From the NCBI GenBank assembly GCA_054661495.1, contig BAAFSQ010000020.1, positions 1 through 32,000 on the forward strand: a DNA stretch of 32,000 nt. The letters run 5' to 3'. This document shows, piece by piece, positions 24,237 to 32,000 of this stretch. The translations under genes and the position numbers were made by a program. The notes under the pieces were generated by a model, which saw nothing but the letters and a program-made list of their open reading frames with translations, ran no database searches and had not been told where the DNA came from. Origin of the DNA: Zygophlyctis sp. KS116 (Eukaryota; Fungi; Chytridiomycota). Within the stretch, counting starts at the first letter, position 1, and each line of letters opens with the position of its first letter.

Positions 24237-24269
24237 TCTGATCTGTTTGTCTGATCTGTTTGTCTGATC
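24237..24269. repeat. 13-bp tandem repeat (tctgatctgtttg) x2.5 in divergent intergenic region
   Basis: tctgatctgtttg tctgatctgtttg tctgatc read directly. Confidence 0.9.
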
Positions 24270-24317
24270 CATTGGTAGAATAGTATAACCCATTGGTATG
24301 ATCAGTGGTATAATTGG
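24269..24317. promoter_or_regulatory. Putative inverted CCAAT boxes in UBTD/FAM72 bidirectional promoter
   Basis: ccattggta occurs twice (24269, 24290) and another attgg at ~24313. Function is inferred only. Confidence 0.35.
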
Positions 24318-24379
24318 AGAGAGATAAACTCTAAACATGGAAAACGCCATTCTCGCCACTTGTTTTGTTTAATTATACA

Positions 24380-24992
24380 ATGGCACAACACAATAGTATT
24401 ATTGAAGCCCCTGGAATATCTATAGGAGTTCAGTCACTTTCAGACTCAATCTCAATTCAACAGCATTTCATCAATAGAATATTATCAAGAGGAGAACCTA
24501 TAAGAAATCAAGATCGCCAAGTTAGACCGCAATTCAGATCTAAAGTAGTATGTTTAATCAATTGCAAACACTGTAAAACTCTAGTTTGTAAAAGAGGAAT
24601 GAAGGCTATTTTATTAGCAGATATGAATGTAATCATTTTTACTTCAAATATTAGGTTGAATTATTTTCTACAGACTCTCCACCTCAAAATGTCCAATTAG
24701 TATTTGATGACTATAGAACTAGAAATTGTGGATGTAGAATCAGAGATGTTGCATGTCTAGGATGTGGAAATGTGATTGGATACCATGTTTCTCAACCTTG
24801 TGAACCATGTATGGTAAGACTTGATTATTTTAACTTTTATAGGATGCATGTAATAATGGACATTTTTGGATGTTTCATATAGCAGAAGTTGTTTATTCTG
24901 ATCGAATGATTGGATCTAATACATTACTATGGGCACAATTACCTAGGGCGGACCGAGATTCTGAAGATTCTGAAATTCAATTAACGAGATGA
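24380..24992 (+). CDS. FAM72: FAM72 family protein, 185 aa
   Basis: CKHCKTLVCKRGMKAILLAD|VELFSTD..CGCRIRDVACLGCGNVIGYHV..PCEPC|..CNNGHFWMF..LLW. Introns 24629-24654 (26) and 24814-24842 (29). Stop TGA 24990-24992. Confidence 0.9.
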
Positions 24993-25414
24993 AAAATCCA
25001 GATTATTCTCTACTTTATAATTTTAAATTTGAGTCCTTTCAAAAGCCCAAGAATGAGAATTCTTTACATGAAGAATGGACTGATTATCTCTTAAATCTTG
25101 ATTATACCAGTCAAGTGTATTCTAAACCGTTGGGAAAATCAAAATTAATCAATAATTCCACTTGTGAGTCTGGGGATGTCGTAGAATTCTTTAAGAGAAA
25201 TTCATATACTGATTGTGTATATTCAGATGAAATATCGTATTTATTAAAGGAATATTCTAAAAATCAAGAAAATTCTACTAGCAGTGGTACTAATAATGGT
25301 ACTAGCAGTGGGAGCAGTGGGAGCAGTGGTACTAGCAGTGGGAGCGGTAGTAGTAAAAATGATGAAAAGATTCTATCTCGGCTGTGGATGATAAAGTCTC
25401 ATTTGGACACTTAA
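24989..25414 (+). CDS. Hypothetical protein, 141 aa, with duplicated YTxxVYS motif and Ser/Gly linker
   Basis: 426-nt open frame in AT-rich DNA, filling the gap between FAM72 and DOA10; internal motif duplication; in-frame 9/12-bp repeats. ATG overlaps the FAM72 stop. Confidence 0.65.
   Translation: MKNPDYSLLYNFKFESFQKPKNENSLHEEWTDYLLNLDYTSQVYSKPLGKSKLINNSTCESGDVVEFFKRNSYTDCVYSDEISYLLKEYSKNQENSTSSGTNNGTSSGSSGSSGTSSGSGSSKNDEKILSRLWMIKSHLDT
25277..25354 (+). repeat. (act)agcagtgg[t/g] minisatellite encoding TSSG/SSG
   Basis: actagcagtggt actaataatggt actagcagtggg agcagtggg agcagtggt actagcagtggg agcggtagtagt. Confidence 0.85.
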
Positions 25415-25503
25415 TGATTTATAATGGTTTAATTTCTTTATATTATTACTCTTATACCTTTAAAGTATTAAACCATTTTTAAGCTTTGATAAAACGTAAG
25501 AAA

Positions 25504-28500
25504 ATGGAAGAAAACATTTGCAGAGTCTGCCGGTCGTCTGAATCTACAGGACAGGATCCGCTATTCTACCCATGCAAGTGTTCGGGTTCTATGAAATGGG
25601 TTCATCAGTCTTGTCTAGAAAATTGGTTAAAAGTTTCTAGAAATTCAAAATGTGAAATTTGTAATTTTGAATTCAAGTTTTCTTCAGTATATTCTACTGA
25701 TACTCCAGACTCTTTACCTATAGGACTCTTGATAAACTCTCTCAAAAACAAAACGCTCTCTTTTTTAATTAAAACATTTAGGATTTTACTTGTTGTTTTT
25801 TGTTGGACGGTATTGGCTCCGTTAGGAACTCTATACATTTATAATACGTTTTTTAGGTCTGTATCAGAGTCTTTGGGCTCTTTAAAATTATTTTTTACTA
25901 GTTTAAAGAATATTTCATTGGATAATTTTGATGCAAGTCAGGAAAAAGTAGTCGATTTTGGACTAGAAATTGGTAAAACTGTGTTTAGAGGGCAAATTGT
26001 GACTCTAGGAATAGTTTTTATTATTATAATGACTTTGGCTTTGCAAGAATTAGTTCATTCTACCACTCCAGAGGAAGAATTAAGGGAATTTCAAGCACAA
26101 AGAGAAAGAGAAAGAGTAAATCAAAGGTTAAAGGAAATTTCAGAAAAGACAAAGGAGGAATTGGTCGAGGAATTATCTGAAATTTTAGATAGGACAAGGA
26201 AAAATCAAAATCAAAATACTGTTGATGTCGTAAATGATGCAGAAAAGGTTTCTGAAAATAATAGTACTGGTGATGGGATTGGAAATGAAGACTTTCAAGA
26301 TTTAAATTCTGAAAAAGAAAAAAAAGATCAACAAGTTTTCAAACCAAAAAATACTATTAGAAAAAGTAGACTGCCAGTTCCTTCTCCAGGATCTTCAAAG
26401 GGGTTTAAAAAGGTTGATTATAAAGGAGATGAATCGTTTTTGATGAAGAAAATGATGGATACTAGTGTTGAAAAGGTTTCGCTTCCGTTTTTGGGTGATC
26501 CTGGAAAAATAAAAGGGAAAAACAAACTGGAATTTTTTCAGGAAAGGGCAGAATCTCCAGAGACTTTTGAGAGATTTTGTGATTTTTGCTCAAATAAAAT
26601 ATCAAGTGGAGTCACACTTTGTAAGGAATGTGAAGACGGCATATTTAATGCACAAGAATTACTAGACGCTCGAAAAGAGGAATCTCAAATAAATGATCCT
26701 TTCTGGAATTCTGGTATGGATGTGGAAGAGTCTAGTATACAACAGGATTTAACTCCAAGCTCAATGTGGTATTACTCTGAGGATCCAGAGAATTTATTAT
26801 TGGTTAGAGGTCCTTACAGCTGGATCAAAATGGAAAATCTTGTAGAGAATAAGGTTTTGACTCCATTACATTTTGTAAGAAGGGCTGATCAAAGTAGTTT
26901 TGTGCGTCTAGAGGAGGTTTTGCAGAGCCAGAATCGTTTTAGTAGTCCTCATGATTTTTTTGATAATGAACACGAGAAAAATATGGAGGAAATGTTGAAT
27001 GAAATTAATGAAATTGACAATGAAATCACTGGATTAATTCACAACGGTCCTTCCAACATTGAAAATACCCAAAATTTAGAGCAAGCTATCCATAACCAAC
27101 ATCAAGAAGAGGAAGTGCAAGTACTAGCTGGCCCAGATGATGCTGGTGTGGACAATAATGTAGGGGAACAGCAACAAGCCTTTTTAAATATCAATATTGG
27201 GCCCGATCTTCGAGTTGAAATCGAAGCGCAGGGCGAATGGAATAGCGTAATGGAGCTAATAGGTCTCGCTGGACCTCTCAAGAATCTATTCAATTCAATG
27301 CTGCTCTATTTTGGAATAATAATATTTGGATTAACTGTAGGAATCGCTCTTCCAAGAAGCCTAGGCCATTTTACGATTGTAATCATGACCAAGTTTATAT
27401 TTCCGATTGCACATTATTCTTTTGGTCAAATTTCATATATATTGCAAACTCTGACAGATCCAATAATTGAACCAATCGTTGACTTTATATTATTTTTATG
27501 GAAAAGGTCAGTACCGTTTGTCGTAGATAGTTTGAATAGTGCCGACATGCAGTTGAAAGATCTACAAGATAGTTATAGCATTTCAATAATAGAAATGGTC
27601 AGGCTTAGTGCTCAGTTTTTGGCTGAACAATTGCATTCTAAAGTGGCGTTAAATCATTCCATTATTTTATCCAAGGAAATCGCCCAGAATATTACTGCTG
27701 TATCTAATGAAAACACTTCATATGGAGCCGACTCGAACTCAGATAGCTCGGCTTTGGTTTTCCTTTCGACTATCTTTATTGGATATTTTGAAATGCTTTT
27801 ATATAAACTTCGTAGAGAGGTAAGAATCATAAATATTTAAGGAGATACAGTGGGCTTCTAACGGACTTACTCATCCGTATTTAAGAACTATTACTCGGCT
27901 ACTCACCTCTTTCTGGGGTGGAGCATTACTTGCTATTAAGGTATTTTTTTCTGATTGATATTAGTTTTCATTTTTTATGATTTTGGAACTTGTTTGTGTT
28001 CCAATATATTGTGGCCTTTATGTTGATTATTTCATGTTGCATCTTTTTGCTTCCCGTGTTTCATTTCCTCCAAGGATGGAGTTGTTCGCTCGTCATCAAT
28101 ATGTATGGTTTTTCTTGCATTGTATACTTTTTGTTTGAAATTTAATCATTTTAGGGGTGATGGGTACAATTTTTATGTTTCAGTTTGCCACTTACATATC
28201 TGTCATCAGGGGCACACTAAGAAAGGGTGTATTTTGGTTTATAAGGGATCCAGAAGATCCCAGATTTCAGCCTCTTAATGAAATTATAGAGCGTCCGTTT
28301 TTTGTTCATCTCAAGAAATTGGCTTTTGGTGTCCTTGTCTATACAATAATTATGGGAGTCAGTGTTGGAGCATTTGTTGGTCTCTTTTTAAGCCTTGATC
28401 AATTGATGAATTACGCAGAAGGTCCTTTCAAATTGTTGCCCTTAAGGTGGGACGTAAAGTAAGCCTCAAGAAAATATTTAACATTACAGAGATGCGTTTT

Positions 28501-30058
28501 TGGAGTTCCCGATTGATTTGGTTATATTGCATGTTTTTGGTCCCTGGCTTCTGAAAACTACACGTCCTCAAAGGGTCTTTCGGAAAGCTGTCCGAGGTTG
28601 GTTTGAGTGGTCTGCGAAAAAGTTTTCTCTGACAAGCTTTCTATTTGGAGGTCGTTATCCTGATGAAGAATCTGACCTTCCGCTAGAAAGCATTTTGTCA
28701 TCAAATGGCTTACCTCAGCCCAGCAATTATAGATTTTTAAGAGTTCCGAACCACGATCATATCGAAGTTACTCCAGGAGTTCGAGATGTCATGATTCCTT
28801 GCCGCGAAAATGATCCATTATTTGGTAGGTCTCACGAAACAGCAGAAGAAATTCGTATAAACTGGACAAAAGTTTATATTCCGAAATATTTCAAGCCAAG
28901 AGTAACCATTTATTTATTTAATTCTTCAGTTACGTCTTTTACTATTGTGGCATCAAGTAACTGCTCTTCTCATTTTTGGAGGTGCAGCAATAATTCCATG
29001 TAAATTTTCTAATAATTTATAATTAGTGCTGATAGGCCGCTTTATTACTGTGAATGGAGAATTATGGCTTGAATCGGTTTATTCAGTTAATATACCAAAG
29101 CAATTACAGACTGATCATATTTTGCCATCTGGAAGAACTGATTTGGTATGCCATGATATCTACTCCTTCTTATTTGGTGTTGCTCTGCTTGCCTTAATTT
29201 ATGTCCCCTTCTACTTCGCATATCAGTCCATATATGCTAAGTTTTTCCGCCTGGAAAGAAAAAATGCATTGCGTCGAACTAACTCTGATCCAAGTAATAA
29301 TTTGCGAGGATATGTAGGTATATTTGATCCGGAAGAATCAGAGCAATCATCATTGAATGTCTTCAGTAAAATTCGGTTAGGTCTCATTACTTGGTGGTTG
29401 ATTAAAGGAAGAAGATATCTCAAAAAGGTACATTTGATTCAGTATAATAGTTACATAGGCTTTGGCGTCTATGACTTTATTTTTTTGGGGTATTTTAGTC
29501 GTCCCTATATTAGTAGGCTTTGCTTTCGAACTTTACGTATTGCAGCCCTTGGGAGCTCCGGCTCATACCCGTCCGATCTATTTTGTCCTTCATGAGTGGA
29601 GCTTTGGCATGCTATTGGTGAAGACATTGATTACTATACTTTTGGTTGGACCAGAAACATCAATGAAGAGGGAAATCAATCTCATTATTACCCGCGGTCT
29701 TGACTTTGACCAACTTAGCTTCCATCGTCATGTCATAATTCCACTCATTAGTATTCTTTTAATTATTATCTTGATTCCAAAGTCGCTTATCAATGTGTTG
29801 AATGATCTTGAAACAGCAGGTATTTGACAATTTTATATTTATTATATAGAAGAGAAAGAAAATCTCACTATGTATCTGCAATACTTTTTATACTTCTCTA
29901 TTTTCTTGACGGTCTTTTTTAGAGCTTCATATAAAGGGATCAGCAACTTTTTGGAATCTGTTCGTGATGAACAGTTTAAAGTTGGCCGAGTATTGCATAA
30001 CTATAATGAGGCAAATGAAAAAAAGATCTCTACTACCAATGATGCATCAGACATATAA
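25504..30058 (+). CDS. DOA10: ERAD E3 ubiquitin ligase Doa10/MARCH6 (RING-CH, multi-TM), ~1442 aa
   Basis: CRVCR..PLFYPCKCSGSMKWVHQSCLENW..CEIC; MELIGLAGP; GVFWFIRDPEDP..P; LTSFLFG; VRDEQFKVGRVLHNY. Introns 27820-27841 (or -27844), 27941-27964, 28122-28154, 28459-28489, 28902-28929, 29000-29026, 29428-29458, 29820-29849. Confidence 0.92.
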
Positions 30059-30123
30059 TTTCTTAAATCTAGAATTTTATTCTTAAATAGAATGACAAAA
30101 GTGCAGAAATGCGTTTCGTCTCC

Positions 30124-32000
30124 TTAAAGTTTCCTGCGATTATGAGATTTCTTGCCTTGGGATACAAATTTAAGAGGCTGTATTGGTACCCCCAATTTCT
30201 TTTCAATTCTGGGAGCGATCTTTTCTAAATAAATATTTTGAGCGTTCCACTCCTTTCCAATAGGCATACGAATCGTTCTTTCGTACTGGTCACGATTTTG
30301 AAATCCATGAGGAACATGAGGAACTAGATATTGGATGGATTTTTTCAATCTCTTTTCATTTATAACAACATGCTTCAAATTGGCATCTTTACGCTTTTCT
30401 GCTTCGATTCCAGGGATTTCTTTTACCACCTTCTTCTGCTTCTGCGGCTTCAAACCGATTCCTCCCCATGATCCCTATAGATTAAAAATTATATTTTATA
30501 TACCCATCCGGGTAAAGTTAAATCTTCTTCCTTGGGCATATCTCTCTCAATGATTTTCTTCTTTTCAATTTCAAATTCCTACATAATTGAATATAATAAT
30601 ATAATACCTCGACAACATTGTCATTTTCGAATGTCATACGCATAATGTCAGAGCGAGAGAGTTTTTTAATATCAGTAGAATGAATCACATCCAATTCCTC
30701 ATCATGATTCGATTCATCATCTCCTGAGAGTGCAGAGGATTCATTCTCATCCTGGTCTTTTTGAGAGTCTTCTTCATCAGCAATACCATCATGATCACTC
30801 AGATTCTCCTGAACTGAGGCCACTTCTAAATTTTGGCCATCTTCTAAAGCCGTATCTATGTGAATCATACTTTTTTCCTTTTCAGATTCAAACTTTTTCT
30901 TATGCTTTTCTAATTTGAGAGCAGATCGAGCACTGTCATCTTTATGGATATGTTTCCTGCTTTTTTGAAGTGGCTCAGATATATCAACCTGAAGCCATGG
31001 ATTTGAAATCGTTTCATTGCTAATAGCCACCTCTACGGATTTAGGCTGTTCATCAACAGATTGTTCTTCTACCAAATTTTCATCGTTTTCGTCAGATGAA
31101 GTATTATCGGCACTGATTTTTTCTGTGGTGTCTGTGGGTTTATTAACATTTCCAAAATAAGCTGTTTGATACTGCTCTTTAATTTCAAACGGCTGTACTT
31201 CAAAAAGAGGCTTGAGTTGCTTTACAGCCCCAACTGTGATTGGCCCAGAAGTTTGTAAGCCAACTATATTAACTTGATCCTTAAAATCCTCAGAGTCAGT
31301 TGATAAATATCCATCACTAACAACTGGAGATTCCATATGATTGATGGTAGGATTTTCAGGGTTAGCATCTTCTGATATTTCTCCTTCATCTTCATGTCCC
31401 ATCTCTCTAACATTTCTAATCATTTCTTTTGTTTCTGTCCTTTGACGCTCGAGAGCTTTTTGCATAAATTTCATGCCCATCAGTCCCTTCAAAGGCGGGG
31501 TCACATTATCAATGTCTTTCTCCAAGTTGTCCAATTTAATCATTTGATTATCAATAGTGTCCTGCTCATCATTAATATCTGAGTCATCTGATTCGTTCCC
31601 AGTAATCCTCTTCTTCAACTCTTGATGTTTTTCTAGTTGTTTCATCAAGGCGACTCTAGTTTCGGGATCATTATCCTTTCTGGCCAAGATTTGCTTTGCC
31701 CATTTACTAGTATTCTTATGCTTTAGGGAGACTCTTTCTTTTGCTCTGTCTAGCTCCAACTTTTCTAATTTTTCTTTAGCAAGTTGAGGATCAATTCTTT
31801 TTAGCTCTTCCAAATCCAAATCAAGTGCATCCACAGTCTTTTTACGATGCAATTTTCTATAAACCTTGCTCTTTATTTTTGCCACTTTTTTTTGCTTCTG
31901 TTCTTTATAAAAACAGAGCGCTCTCATTTTAGACAACTCTTTTTGTCTTTCTAGCAATTGTTCCTTTGATAAATTAAGCAATTTCAACTCTTCATTTTCT
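30124..32000 (-). CDS. UTP14: U3 snoRNA-associated protein 14 (5'-partial)
   Basis: KIKSKVYRK, RAKERVSLKHKNTSKWAK, GLMGMKFMQ, LTLPGW|GSWGG, PIGKEWN. Introns 30579-30607 (29) and 30475-30503 (29). Confidence 0.93.

Noticed and set aside
24205-24243. SECIS-like pattern (ATGA..AAAA..TGA)
   Set aside because: Helix II between the quartet halves does not pair, the site is between two 5' ends rather than in a 3' UTR, and no in-frame TGA was found in neighbouring genes.

Overview
This is eukaryotic nuclear DNA, AT-rich and very compact, most consistent with a chytrid or other early-diverging fungus (inferred from gene content: Crinkler-like protein, FAM72, GH26 pair, Doa10, LAM/GRAM-VASt). The ORF track is fragmented because genes are split by tiny GT-AG introns. 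By manual splicing I located about 53, all 22-33 nt, and every reconstructed gene stays in frame. There are about 19 coding units. Bases 1-2631 form an accessory-looking island (bacterial-type AAA-ATPase/PD-(D/E)XK protein, truncated ArsC-like gene, Crinkler-like protein). A housekeeping run follows: claudin/SUR7-like protein, Cdc42, two GH26 paralogs, a large WD40 protein, a DDRR-repeat protein, F-box/LRR protein, M1 aminopeptidase, USP deubiquitinase, MCM-BP, GRAM-VASt protein, UBTD, FAM72, an unknown ORF, Doa10/MARCH6 and Utp14. The most notable points are the ultra-small intron regime, an ATGA stop/start overlap between FAM72 and the next ORF, an enzyme/pseudoenzyme GH26 pair, and a Zn-ribbon plus GYF-like insertion in Doa10. 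All family calls come from motif recognition by eye, not database searches.
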